DNA from: a virus
Lineage: Duplodnaviria > Caudoviricetes
Length of the DNA: 64,000 bases
Virus record (IMG/VR): IMGVR_UViG_3300021399_000117
Coordinates: 32,001 to 96,000 of that record
Strand: one strand, 5' to 3'
In this document: positions 37,713 through 47,106 of the stretch, in pieces
How the letters are laid out: each line of letters opens with the position of its first letter
Numbering within the stretch: the first letter of the stretch is position 1
The notes under the pieces: model-generated
Databases searched by the model: none
What the model was told of the DNA's origin: nothing
Seen by the model: only the letters and a program-made list of their open reading frames with translations
Made by a program: the position numbers and the translations under genes

Positions 37713-39233
37713 ATGAACCTAAGTAAGTACTTACAAAAGAACTGCTTCCAACCTATATCACGTGGTCCTATATACGAGAGTATTCGCAATAGAGACATTG
37801 AAAAAGCGCTGAACTCAGTGTCAGCTTTTTTGCGTAAGCGTGGTGTGTTCTTGATCCCGGCTGTCGAAGCTGTGGATATCGACGGCGCTACCAGTTTTGT
37901 CGTATACGGCTACAACAAAGATGGTATGGGGTGTGCATTCACATGGAAGCGTGGAGAGACGACCAGTCTATATTCTATTTGCTTCACTAAAGAGTTCGAC
38001 CGCGCATACCTTGCACATACCTATGATGAGGCCTTCAAGTGGGATGTCGAACTCAAGCTCAAAGGAGCAAGCATCGTTCGTGCTATTCAGTTGGTCGCTG
38101 ATGTGATGAATGGTCGCGTGAACATGGACAAGGCAGGTCTCAACCAAGCCGTTCGAGATGCTCAGATCTGGGAATCTTTAGATGATGCTTGTGAAAACAT
38201 CATCAAAGAGGATACATCCGATGCGGTCATCAAAAACCTGGAGCGTAAGAAAAATAATCTCTACCAACGAATCCACGACTGGAAATCCAAAGGTAAGGAT
38301 ACTTCCGATTTGGATAAAGAATACGAACTCGTCAAACAAGAACTGGCTGATGCTCGAGTATCTGTCCGCCAAGGAGTGGTGGTTGTGCCCATCAGTGATC
38401 CTGCAGTAGTAAAGATGGAACAAAGATTTGAGGAAGAAGAGAGGGCTACACCGGATGAGCGTTTCAGTGATATGGAGTCATACATCCTCAACGTGATTCT
38501 CGGTATTGACGTGTCAGCACTCATCTGTGGTGCACCAGGTGTTGGTAAGACATATCGTATCATGCAGATGATCAAGAAAGAAGGTAAAGTCCGTGGACGT
38601 GATTATGAAGTCATCAAAGGTAAGTGCACACCTATGGTGCTCTTCCAGATGCTTCATGACTACCAAAAGAAAGGTCAGTTGCTCGTTATCGATGACGCAG
38701 ACGATATCATTACCGATGACGTATCTATCAACCTTATCAAAGCCGCCACAGACTCCAGTGACGAACGTATCGTGTCCTACGGATCTAATGTCAAGATCTT
38801 CGTACCAGAAGAGAAGCAAGGTCTGTACACTGACTTCGAACAAGACTCACAAGGACGTTGGGTATATCCAAAGAACTTCGTTTATGAGGGAGGTATCATT
38901 ATCATCACCAATATGAACGCGGGGCAGATTGATACAGCTATCCGTTCACGCGCAATGATTTGTGATTTGAACTTCACTACTGGCGAGGTATTGGATTTGG
39001 TGGCACAACTATCTCCACACATAGCTCCGGAACTGTTGACACCAGCATCCAAAGAACGTGCACTCGACTATCTACGCAGATTAGCAGAGAGTGGGGCTCC
39101 GATGGAAATCTCTATCCGCTCCTTTATCTTGGTTTCCAAGTTGTATCTGAGTGATGCTCCTGCTGAAGCGATAGAGCGTCGTATTCGTGAGCAAATGAAA
39201 TTGAAATTTTTGCGAGGGGGTAAGCGCTACTAA
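37713..39233 (+). CDS. AAA+ ATPase with N-terminal extension
   Basis: GAPGVGKT, LLVIDDAD, IIIITN, AIRSR arginine finger. Confidence 0.85.
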   Translation: MNLSKYLQKNCFQPISRGPIYESIRNRDIEKALNSVSAFLRKRGVFLIPAVEAVDIDGATSFVVYGYNKDGMGCAFTWKRGETTSLYSICFTKEFDRAYLAHTYDEAFKWDVELKLKGASIVRAIQLVADVMNGRVNMDKAGLNQAVRDAQIWESLDDACENIIKEDTSDAVIKNLERKKNNLYQRIHDWKSKGKDTSDLDKEYELVKQELADARVSVRQGVVVVPISDPAVVKMEQRFEEEERATPDERFSDMESYILNVILGIDVSALICGAPGVGKTYRIMQMIKKEGKVRGRDYEVIKGKCTPMVLFQMLHDYQKKGQLLVIDDADDIITDDVSINLIKAATDSSDERIVSYGSNVKIFVPEEKQGLYTDFEQDSQGRWVYPKNFVYEGGIIIITNMNAGQIDTAIRSRAMICDLNFTTGEVLDLVAQLSPHIAPELLTPASKERALDYLRRLAESGAPMEISIRSFILVSKLYLSDAPAEAIERRIREQMKLKFLRGGKRY

Positions 39234-39254
39234 ATCAACTAGTTACAAATTTTT

Positions 39255-39282
39255 AAGAGGGTCTCAAAAAGATCCTCTTTTT
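39255..39282 (+). terminator. Intrinsic terminator
   Basis: AAGAGGGTCT-caaaa-AGATCCTCTTTTT. Confidence 0.7.
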
Positions 39283-39338
39283 ATTTATAACTTCATTTGT
39301 TCTTTTTGTCATTTAATATATAAATCAAAATAAAATTT

Positions 39339-39370
39339 AGAGGAAATCACTAAAGATTTCCTCTTTTTTT
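39339..39370 (+). repeat. Empty form of the AGAGGAAATC/GATTTCCTCT hairpin (no module)
   Basis: Loop ACTAAA; followed by T-run and TATATAT; same stem at 53161, near-identical at 48722. Confidence 0.85.
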
Positions 39371-39409
39371 ATATATATCTATATGTAGAACATTATTTTG
39401 ATCCTGCAT

Positions 39410-40045
39410 ATGGCAAATTATACTGACAAACAGAAAAACGAACTAACCAAGCAGTACGAACCACTAATCAACAAACTTACCGGCCAGTTTTATACAACCG
39501 TTCAGATGGATTGGGATAGCATCAAGTCCATGGCATACGAAGGATTTGCACTAGCACTCAACAAATACGATGAGTCCAAGAGTAGCATGTCTTTTATGTC
39601 GTTCGCAGCGTTCGAGATGCGTAACAACATCATGACCAGACTCACGGAAGAGGCTCGCACAGTAAAACTACCTTTTGAGGAGCAGAAAAGGCGAAAGGAA
39701 TCAGGAGAACCCTTATTCAACACCGTATCGATCGATCAGAGTGTTCGTGATGACGATGATATCAAACCACGAGAGATCGTGATGGGTATGTACGAGACAG
39801 CCCGATTCGCTGACGGGGATGTCTTCAACTATCTTTACGAACGTCTAGAAGAAAAGTTTCCTCAACGTGAATGCGACATGTTCTATATGTCATTCGGACT
39901 CAAAGGATTCGAAGAGACGCCGAATCAAGACATAGCAAAGAAATTCTGCGTCAGTGAAGGGTTGGTATCCCAAAAGAAACGTAAGATCCTCGATTGGATC
40001 AAAACCGATCAGGATCTGTGTGAGATGTTGTCTAACCTATCATAA
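39410..40045 (+). CDS. Second sigma70-family factor (short, group 3/4-like)
   Basis: YEPLINKL, EGFALALNKYDESK..F.SFA, C-terminal HTH QDIAKKFCVSEGLVSQ. Confidence 0.85.
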   Translation: MANYTDKQKNELTKQYEPLINKLTGQFYTTVQMDWDSIKSMAYEGFALALNKYDESKSSMSFMSFAAFEMRNNIMTRLTEEARTVKLPFEEQKRRKESGEPLFNTVSIDQSVRDDDDIKPREIVMGMYETARFADGDVFNYLYERLEEKFPQRECDMFYMSFGLKGFEETPNQDIAKKFCVSEGLVSQKKRKILDWIKTDQDLCEMLSNLS

Positions 40046-40056
40046 ATCAATAAGTT

Positions 40057-40395
40057 ATGAAGTCAAATAAGAAACAAATCGAAAACGAACTTCGGGGCAA
40101 GATCGCTAAACAGTACACTGGAAAAATCCAATATCTGGAGGACAAGATCAAGCATCTACAAACCGAGAAGAACGACGCCTATCTGCGTGTTCAAAAGGCA
40201 GAGCATACTATGCTTGACATGAAGGACAAACTCCAACAATACGAGGACTGGAACAATCGCCTGATGGAGTTTATGAATATGAGTGATCAGGATCGTCAGA
40301 CATATCTCGAAAACATGAGACAGGAAGCCCAAATCAACTCTCGGATGAATGGACTTCTGGATTCACCAATATTCCGAGTACTATCTATGTTATGA
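40057..40395 (+). CDS. Hypothetical coiled-coil protein
   Basis: Operonic ORF. Confidence 0.65.
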   Translation: MKSNKKQIENELRGKIAKQYTGKIQYLEDKIKHLQTEKNDAYLRVQKAEHTMLDMKDKLQQYEDWNNRLMEFMNMSDQDRQTYLENMRQEAQINSRMNGLLDSPIFRVLSML

Positions 40396-40577
40396 GCAGA
40401 AAACCACGGCACAATCCAAACAAGCCTGCCAACCGTAGGAGTCCTCACTGTCCCTGCTACGAAATAATCAACGGCAAATGTTATTGCACAAGTAACGGCC
40501 CGACAAATCCTAAGTGCGAAGGCAACATTCATAACTGTGTCAAAGTTCAGTATCAACAATTAGCAACAATAAAATGA
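40392..40577 (+). CDS. Small Cys-rich basic protein
   Basis: ATGA overlaps at both ends; six cysteines. Confidence 0.55.
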   Translation: MSRKPRHNPNKPANRRSPHCPCYEIINGKCYCTSNGPTNPKCEGNIHNCVKVQYQQLATIK

Positions 40578-41134
40578 GTATAACAGATTTGAAAAACTTC
40601 CCTTTCGAACACGACGGACAAGAGTTCTGGTATAGTCGTTCGATTGTATCCTGCGGATATGTGTTCTGTTACTGGTACAACACCTGGCATGTCCTAGCTG
40701 TCAAACGGGGCGCTACACAAACCCTACCCAAACAATGGAACGTGCCCGGAGGATTCCTGGATCACAACGAGACGACACAGCATGCTGCCAAACGAGAGGT
40801 AGCTGAAGAAACAGGCCTCCCATTAGCTACGCGCGATTTTCATTTGTTCAGTGTCAATTCAACCCCAACAGGTAAGAAACAGCATGTGCTCTTCAACTAC
40901 TACTGTAATATAGGTAAGGTAAAAGAGTTGCCGTATTTGGATCCATCCAATTGTGAACCTGGTGAAGTAGAACACGCTATGTGGATACCTGTAGAAGCCG
41001 TCAAAAAGTTCAAATGGATCAATGCACAGTGGGTGAATATTGAATATGTATTCAACACGTACATTCATCCTAGTCTTTGGCAACGCATTCGTAATCGCCT
41101 AAGTAATCAAATAGATATCGTGTGGGGTATATAA
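40574..41134 (+). CDS. Nudix hydrolase
   Basis: GGFLDHNETTQHAAKREVAEETGL Nudix box. Confidence 0.92.
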   Translation: MSITDLKNFPFEHDGQEFWYSRSIVSCGYVFCYWYNTWHVLAVKRGATQTLPKQWNVPGGFLDHNETTQHAAKREVAEETGLPLATRDFHLFSVNSTPTGKKQHVLFNYYCNIGKVKELPYLDPSNCEPGEVEHAMWIPVEAVKKFKWINAQWVNIEYVFNTYIHPSLWQRIRNRLSNQIDIVWGI

Positions 41135-41181
41135 AACTCTGTACGATTTTTTATATATTTATATGATAATCCATTATATAT

Positions 41182-41775
41182 ATGCAAATCAGAAAAGAGT
41201 TTAGAGTAGAAAGCGCACACATAGTGCGAAACTGCACCTCCGAACGTTGTTCTCATTCGATTCACGGACACAGTGCTGTGATTGAAGTCATCTTCGAAGG
41301 TCGTCAATTGGACAACGCTCAAATGCTCGTAGACTTCGGTTTGATGAAAGGCAGCATCAAGCAGTTTATCGATTCTATGGATCACTGCTATCTGCTCTGT
41401 TCACATGACAAACCTGAGTTCCGTGAGTTTATCAAAAAGAATTGCGATCGATACATTGAGTTGCCGTTCAATCCGAGCGCAGAGATGTTGTCTATGTTCA
41501 TCATGATCGGTGTACAACGTATCTTGGACATGACCGAGTTCAATAACGGTGAAGAAACACCTGTACGAGTAGCAAGTGTTCGTTATCATGAGACCACCAC
41601 GGGTTATGCACAGTGTGATCTAACAGATTGTGTGAACTACGAAAACACCATCGATTTCGATTTCGTTGAGTTCTCTGACGGTGTCAAGAAAGACTGGTCA
41701 CCGGAACTTCGTGAGGCTCTGGAACTAGGTCATCCTATTGTCAATCCAATCGTTGAACGTCAAATTGATCTGTAA
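41182..41775 (+). CDS. queD: 6-carboxy-5,6,7,8-tetrahydropterin synthase QueD
   Basis: ESAH..C..HGH, VDFG, DH, NPSAE, HET. Confidence 0.92.
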   Translation: MQIRKEFRVESAHIVRNCTSERCSHSIHGHSAVIEVIFEGRQLDNAQMLVDFGLMKGSIKQFIDSMDHCYLLCSHDKPEFREFIKKNCDRYIELPFNPSAEMLSMFIMIGVQRILDMTEFNNGEETPVRVASVRYHETTTGYAQCDLTDCVNYENTIDFDFVEFSDGVKKDWSPELREALELGHPIVNPIVERQIDL

Positions 41776-41776
41776 T

Positions 41777-42595
41777 ATGCTGCCAGTAGTAGAAATGTTC
41801 ACTAGTATTCAGGGGGAAGGAAAGTACGCCGGAATACCGAGTCACTTCGTAAGAGTGAGTGGTTGTAATCTTCGCTGTGTCTTTAAGGACAGCGTGTGTG
41901 ACACACCATATTCCTCATTCAAGCCAGAAAAGCCTATCGCCAAAGACCTAGAGGAACTGGTGCGTCTATTCAAAGAACTCCAAGAGAAGTCTCCAAAGGT
42001 TAAACACCTGGTCATTACCGGGGGAGAACCCCTGATGTACGCGAAAGACCTGGATATGTTCCTCCGCCATATCTATGATGACGAGATGGTCATTACCATC
42101 GAAACCAACGGAACCTATCCGGTCCTGAATCCGCTGAGCCCGTACTTCAAGATCGCGCTCTATAGTGTATCTCCGAAACTCGCCACCAGCGTTGGTAAAC
42201 CGGGTATGTACGGCAAGAACGGCAATATCGAAGTCACCCAGCAAATGGTAGACCGTCACAATCAATTGAGGATCGATCCGCAGAACCTGGTAGACATTGT
42301 GATGAACGCCAATGACTATCAGTTCAAGTTCGTGTATAGCGGGCCTGAGTGTGTTGATGAGATTATGGACATCTATTCACGAATGGGTGCTATTGCTGAG
42401 AAGTACGACCCGTTTATGGTCAGCTTCTATTTGAAGAACCACCCCAACAAACACACTATGTTGATGCCAGAGGGTATTACCAATGAGCAACTCGCAGCCA
42501 AACGTCAAGAGATTGCAAATATTTGTATTCAACGGGGATGGACATACACCGATCGTATCCACATCATTATCTGGGGAGATAAGAGAGGGGTGTAA
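41777..42595 (+). CDS. queE: 7-carboxy-7-deazaguanine synthase QueE (radical SAM)
   Basis: EMFTSIQGEG, GCNLRC....CDT, ITGGEP, IETNG, SPKL, KFV, R.H...WG. Confidence 0.93.
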   Translation: MLPVVEMFTSIQGEGKYAGIPSHFVRVSGCNLRCVFKDSVCDTPYSSFKPEKPIAKDLEELVRLFKELQEKSPKVKHLVITGGEPLMYAKDLDMFLRHIYDDEMVITIETNGTYPVLNPLSPYFKIALYSVSPKLATSVGKPGMYGKNGNIEVTQQMVDRHNQLRIDPQNLVDIVMNANDYQFKFVYSGPECVDEIMDIYSRMGAIAEKYDPFMVSFYLKNHPNKHTMLMPEGITNEQLAAKRQEIANICIQRGWTYTDRIHIIIWGDKRGV

Positions 42596-42667
42596 TGAAT
42601 AAGAAGTATATGGACAATAGATTTAACTGTCCAAAGTGCGGCCATCAAGAAGAAATCACTGACTAAC

Positions 42668-43495
42668 ATGAAAACAAACTGTGAATTACCATTATGCATG
42701 ATGGACAAGAATTTGGAATTGAATGATTTCGATTTCGTTTTGTTCCATCTATATCAGTCTAACAAGACCTATCGCGAGTACTATCAGAAGATGAGAGTAG
42801 AACATCCGGAACGACTCATGATCCTGGACAACTCTGCGTACGAGTTCTTCGTCAAAGGAGAAAAACTGGATATGCTCCAATTCAAAAATACCATCAAGGA
42901 ACTCAAGCCGGATTACTACATCTTGCCAGATGTACTCCAAGACAAAGAGAAGACACTGCATGGTGTTCGGGAGTTCTTGACGTGTTATGCGGATAAAGAC
43001 ATGGTGTCCAAACCACTAGCTGTAGCACAAGGTAACACCAGTATAGAATTGGTAGAGTGTTTCCAAGAGTATCTCGGACTGGGTATCGAATATGTAGGAG
43101 TGCCATTTCACTTGGAGTTCTACAAGCACATGCATATAGAAGATGACATCCTGTTCGAGTTTGGAACGTCTTATGGAGAGACAAAATTCACAGACGGTGA
43201 AGACTATAAGTACGCGATAGGTCGTGTTCAGTGGGTGCGTGGACATGAGGAACTGTTGAAACGGTTCGACAAAGTGCATATGCTCGGATCACATTGTCCG
43301 TTGGAGAAAGTATTTTACCACGACTTCTATTCTATGGACACTGGGTATCCAGTCAAATTAGGATACGAGAAGACATTATTAGGATTCGAAGATCACAAAC
43401 CCGCATCTATCATAGATGATTTCATTGATGCGGAGTTGTCTCGCACTAAGAAACACTGCATTGAGTCCAATGTCAAAACATTCCGAGATCTCTGA
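42668..43495 (+). CDS. dpdA: DpdA/TGT-like 7-deazaguanine DNA transglycosylase (putative)
   Basis: ILDNSAYE, LPDV, VAQG, HMLG and SMDT motifs of the TGT barrel; adjacent to queD and queE. Confidence 0.65.
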   Translation: MKTNCELPLCMMDKNLELNDFDFVLFHLYQSNKTYREYYQKMRVEHPERLMILDNSAYEFFVKGEKLDMLQFKNTIKELKPDYYILPDVLQDKEKTLHGVREFLTCYADKDMVSKPLAVAQGNTSIELVECFQEYLGLGIEYVGVPFHLEFYKHMHIEDDILFEFGTSYGETKFTDGEDYKYAIGRVQWVRGHEELLKRFDKVHMLGSHCPLEKVFYHDFYSMDTGYPVKLGYEKTLLGFEDHKPASIIDDFIDAELSRTKKHCIESNVKTFRDL

Positions 43496-43525
43496 TTATT
43501 ATTGTAAAAAAAATATACATATAAT

Positions 43526-45004
43526 ATGAAGTCATTAAAGGATACGATATTGGAACAATTTGATTCGAAACCGACCCTAACCCATACAGGATTTCAAATT
43601 TTGCACCCATTGACTGAATATCTGCTTAATGAAGACAAATATGTCGGCTCTTCTGATCAAGCTATATATGCTCGGTTGGGAATGCACAAATATAATCACT
43701 TGCCCAAAAATAAACAAGAAGAGGTTAAACGGCATTTTCCTGGAGCTCCAGGTAATAAATCTGCTTTGGCCCGATGGTTCAAATCTGTCAATGGCAAATT
43801 AGTACCTAACCAATACGAGTTTATTGGGAGATCTGATTGGAACATGTTAGACCAGATCGGAGAAATCGAAAATTCTTTAATGGCTCCCCACAAATGGTCA
43901 TATTTTGAACTGATTCGGAAAAATCCTAGACCGAAGAAGAACAAGATACTTACTGTTTTGGAATGTTCCAATTCTAAACCATATTGTCAGGATTCTGCAA
44001 AAAAGTGGTACTTTAAACGGTTCAGATCGTTTACCGATTTTGCTTGCGGCGCGTATGGTATAGTACCGGAAGAATATTCACAATTGTATCCGGTACGTGA
44101 GGATGAATGGGCACATAGCGATGAGTCGGAATCTGTAGCATTCAAATACAATTTGATTTCCTGTAACCGTGGGTATCAATATATCAAAGATATGGGTTAC
44201 GAGAAGGTGATTGTATTCTTCCAAAATCCTGCGCCAGAGGAGTTCATGCGATGGATGAAAAATATGCCCGGCATGGAGGATAAACTGATCTTCGTCATTA
44301 CTCCGCAATTAGTGGACAAACTTAAAAAACATTACCCTCAATTAGGTAACGGTCTAATCATCACACGAATGATGATGCTCTCAGAGGTTCATGAGGCATA
44401 TATGAATGCTTTAAGCAAGTGTTTGTCCGGTGAGGATCGAGAAAGGTTTAACGAGATCAAAAAACTGGTCAATGACGAGGATAAAACTGGTCAAAAGAAG
44501 TGGATTGAGGATACCAACCAAAAATTCGGAATCGAGGAATACCGGGTAGACAGACCAGGCTGGGAGGTAAAACTTGCTAAAGGTGATATAAATATACACA
44601 GTCGTACATCAGATGTAACACAGAAAAAAGTCGATGAGATTTCTAATTGGATTTCGTCCTGGGTTGAAAAACAAAACGAAAAAGACATCAAAAAAGACAA
44701 GATAGACTGGTACAAAGAACGTCTGATATTTACCCCGCTAGATCTTATCATCGATCATTACGAACTGGGAGAGAAGAATCCAAAAAAATTGGATATCGAC
44801 GAGGAGTATTGGAACGTGATGGCTGCGCTAGAAAAACACGCTCAAGAATGGGGTATAAAAAGGGTCAACCCTGATAAGTATCACAGATATGATTATTTGT
44901 GGTGTTTCGAAAGGGTGTGCAAAGAGGTTAAAAAAGATGATATGATCGAATATTGCGACAAAACTGGCTTGTCCCAATTTTATCAAAATGTATTAGACAG
45001 ATAA
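43526..45004 (+). CDS. ArcS-like (DUF5591-type domain) protein with capsid-targeting-like leader
   Basis: VLECSNSKPY and YGIVPEEYSQLYP resemble ArcS LPCS..KPY and LGIVPRELE..YP; leader MKSLKDTILE. Confidence 0.6.
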   Translation: MKSLKDTILEQFDSKPTLTHTGFQILHPLTEYLLNEDKYVGSSDQAIYARLGMHKYNHLPKNKQEEVKRHFPGAPGNKSALARWFKSVNGKLVPNQYEFIGRSDWNMLDQIGEIENSLMAPHKWSYFELIRKNPRPKKNKILTVLECSNSKPYCQDSAKKWYFKRFRSFTDFACGAYGIVPEEYSQLYPVREDEWAHSDESESVAFKYNLISCNRGYQYIKDMGYEKVIVFFQNPAPEEFMRWMKNMPGMEDKLIFVITPQLVDKLKKHYPQLGNGLIITRMMMLSEVHEAYMNALSKCLSGEDRERFNEIKKLVNDEDKTGQKKWIEDTNQKFGIEEYRVDRPGWEVKLAKGDINIHSRTSDVTQKKVDEISNWISSWVEKQNEKDIKKDKIDWYKERLIFTPLDLIIDHYELGEKNPKKLDIDEEYWNVMAALEKHAQEWGIKRVNPDKYHRYDYLWCFERVCKEVKKDDMIEYCDKTGLSQFYQNVLDR

Positions 45005-45558
45005 TGAGAAACCTTTACGAAAGCATATTAGATGACGAATTGGATGTCATGGCTAAAGGTGATAAGGGTGGAGAGCGTTTGCTTCATGCATATGACATGA
45101 TGAAGATGTTGGTAGATCATCTGGATATCGTTCGCAAGGAGGGTGCTGATGACCCAACACAAACATCATACAAGTGCCCACTGTACTTCAAATTCAGAAA
45201 TGGATTGAATGATCCGTTCGGAACGGTTCGTAAGCGCCTCGCGGACTTCAAGAACGATATGAAGAAGTATCCTGAGTTCAAGATAAACATTCATACTACC
45301 AGCAAGAAGGAATCCATGACTACACCAGGTCAGAGACGGGAGTATGGCGTGGGTCTGATGTATAATCTCATTAAGAGATACAATATCGCGATCGAAGAAG
45401 GCAAAAAGATGTTCGGTACTATCGATATCACAATCGAACAGTACGACTTCAACAAAGAACTACACGCCTCTAAGATGAACATATATGTTATGGCAAGTGG
45501 GTTCGATTACAGAGACCTATACCGGGTTATACTAGACCAAATGGATAGCAAAAAATGA
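45004..45558 (+). CDS. Hypothetical protein with MRNLYESILDD leader
   Basis: Start at 45004 overlaps the previous TAA; leader motif. Confidence 0.7.
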   Translation: MRNLYESILDDELDVMAKGDKGGERLLHAYDMMKMLVDHLDIVRKEGADDPTQTSYKCPLYFKFRNGLNDPFGTVRKRLADFKNDMKKYPEFKINIHTTSKKESMTTPGQRREYGVGLMYNLIKRYNIAIEEGKKMFGTIDITIEQYDFNKELHASKMNIYVMASGFDYRDLYRVILDQMDSKK

Positions 45559-45567
45559 TATATCAAT

Positions 45568-45888
45568 ATGAAAGGACTTTCAGAGACACTTAAGGAATCA
45601 CTCGAAGTGAATGAAGCCAAGCAGGTGCTTGCAAATACGATTCAGTGGGAGGCAGATAAGGATGCAGCATACACCACTCTCGACGCAGCTGACGGCATCA
45701 AGAAGTTCAAGCATGCATTCCTTTCTTATAACCAATACGAAGGTGCCATCTTCGTAGTTGCGTTCAATTCAATCGAGGCTTACCAAGAGCTACTCGACAC
45801 GGATGATGATGAGTACTCAGAACTCCTCAGTATGAAACCACAGGATACTAAGGTAATCAATAACGTATCCTATATCTGTCTAAAATAA
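45568..45888 (+). CDS. Hypothetical protein with MKGLSETLKESLEVNE leader
   Basis: Leader motif. Confidence 0.7.
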   Translation: MKGLSETLKESLEVNEAKQVLANTIQWEADKDAAYTTLDAADGIKKFKHAFLSYNQYEGAIFVVAFNSIEAYQELLDTDDDEYSELLSMKPQDTKVINNVSYICLK

Positions 45889-45896
45889 GGAAGAAC

Positions 45897-46064
45897 ATGG
45901 CATACAAGATTACTGACAATTGCGTAGCCTGTGGAACCTGCGCAGAGAATTGCCCGATGGGTGCTATCGAAGAGAAGGAAGCTGGCAAGTACGTCATCGA
46001 CCCTGAGATGTGCACCGAGTGCAGAACCTGCCTAGACGGTTGCCCTGCAAACGCAATCAAATAA
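45897..46064 (+). CDS. fdx: 2[4Fe-4S] clostridial-type ferredoxin (55 aa), not in ORF track
   Basis: MAYKITDNCVACGTCAENCPMGAI...CTECRTCLDGCPANAIK: two CxxCxxCxxxCP motifs. Confidence 0.93.
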   Translation: MAYKITDNCVACGTCAENCPMGAIEEKEAGKYVIDPEMCTECRTCLDGCPANAIK

Positions 46065-46090
46065 GGAGTCAATAAAGATTGGCTCCTTTT
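46063..46090 (+). terminator. Intrinsic terminator
   Basis: AAGGAGTCAAT-aaag-ATTGGCTCCTTTT. Confidence 0.65.
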
Positions 46091-46125
46091 CTTATATATT
46101 ATGATATACACAAAACTAATTAGAC

Positions 46126-47082
46126 ATGAACAAAGACGTAAAAGTATTAGACCTTACAAGAGGTTACGACGAGAACTTCGTACCTTCTCAACAGTACCTC
46201 GACTCTATGCCGGACCTGCAGAACGGTGAGTATAGTGATATTCCGATTGATTTCGTGGGTATTCAAAACTTCCATTTGCCACTCAAGGTAATCCAAAAGG
46301 ATGGTAACATTCAAGAGGTCAAAGCAAGCATCACTGGTACGGTATCTCTCGAGGCCGAGAAACGAGGAATCAACATGTCTCGTATCATTCGCACGTTCTA
46401 TAAGTCCAAAGACGATGTATTCAGCTGTGATCATCTGGAGAATGTCCTTCGCGCGTACAAGAAAGACTTAGATACTTTCGATGCACACATCCTTATGAAC
46501 TTTAGCTATTATCTCTGGCAAGACGCACTTCGTTCAGTCAAGGAGGACGGTACGCCTGAGGGAGGCTACCAGTACTACAACATCACGTTCGATGTCAATC
46601 TCGATAAGTCCGGTGAGTTCAAGAAGATCATGTGGGTGGATTTTGTTTACAGTTCAGCATGTCCTTGCTCTACAGAACTTTCTCAACATGCAGCACTGGA
46701 GCGCGGTGTCTATGGTATTCCTCACAGTCAGCGTTCGATAGCTCGTATCGGAATGGAGTACACCGGGGATCTATGGATCGAAGATGTCATTGATGCATGT
46801 CGAGCCGCACTTACCACAGAGACATTGGTATTCTGCAAGCGCCAGGACGAACAAGCATTCGCGGAGAAGAATGGTGCGCAGACTAAGTTCGTTGAGGACG
46901 CTATTCGTTATTTGAAACACGAACTGGATAAAAACCCAGTTATTCGAGATTACAAAATCATATGTTCTCATCAAGAAAGCTTACATAGTCACAACGCCGT
47001 CGCTGTTACCACCAAGGGGTTGAAAAATTCAATCTTCAACCATCACGTAACATTAGGTGAATGGAACAGTATGATGGTATGA
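46126..47082 (+). CDS. folE2: GTP cyclohydrolase IB
   Basis: PDLQN, VGI, RGINMSR, SACPCS, PHSQRS, KRQDEQ, FVED, ESLHSHNA. Confidence 0.93.
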   Translation: MNKDVKVLDLTRGYDENFVPSQQYLDSMPDLQNGEYSDIPIDFVGIQNFHLPLKVIQKDGNIQEVKASITGTVSLEAEKRGINMSRIIRTFYKSKDDVFSCDHLENVLRAYKKDLDTFDAHILMNFSYYLWQDALRSVKEDGTPEGGYQYYNITFDVNLDKSGEFKKIMWVDFVYSSACPCSTELSQHAALERGVYGIPHSQRSIARIGMEYTGDLWIEDVIDACRAALTTETLVFCKRQDEQAFAEKNGAQTKFVEDAIRYLKHELDKNPVIRDYKIICSHQESLHSHNAVAVTTKGLKNSIFNHHVTLGEWNSMMV

Positions 47083-47106
47083 TTATTGTATAAAAAAACA
47101 CAATCT

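Noticed and set aside
39339-39370. preQ1-I riboswitch (AGAGG...CCTCT stem near que genes)
   Set aside because: The stem is followed by a T-run, not the A-rich tail; the loop lacks the preQ1 consensus; copies precede unrelated genes
42595-42666. 23-aa CPKC micro-ORF between queE and dpdA-like
   Set aside because: Too short, with only one CxxC; may be a remnant and cannot be supported as a gene
45857-46111. Minus-strand 84-aa ORF in the track
   Set aside because: Antisense shadow of the ferredoxin gene
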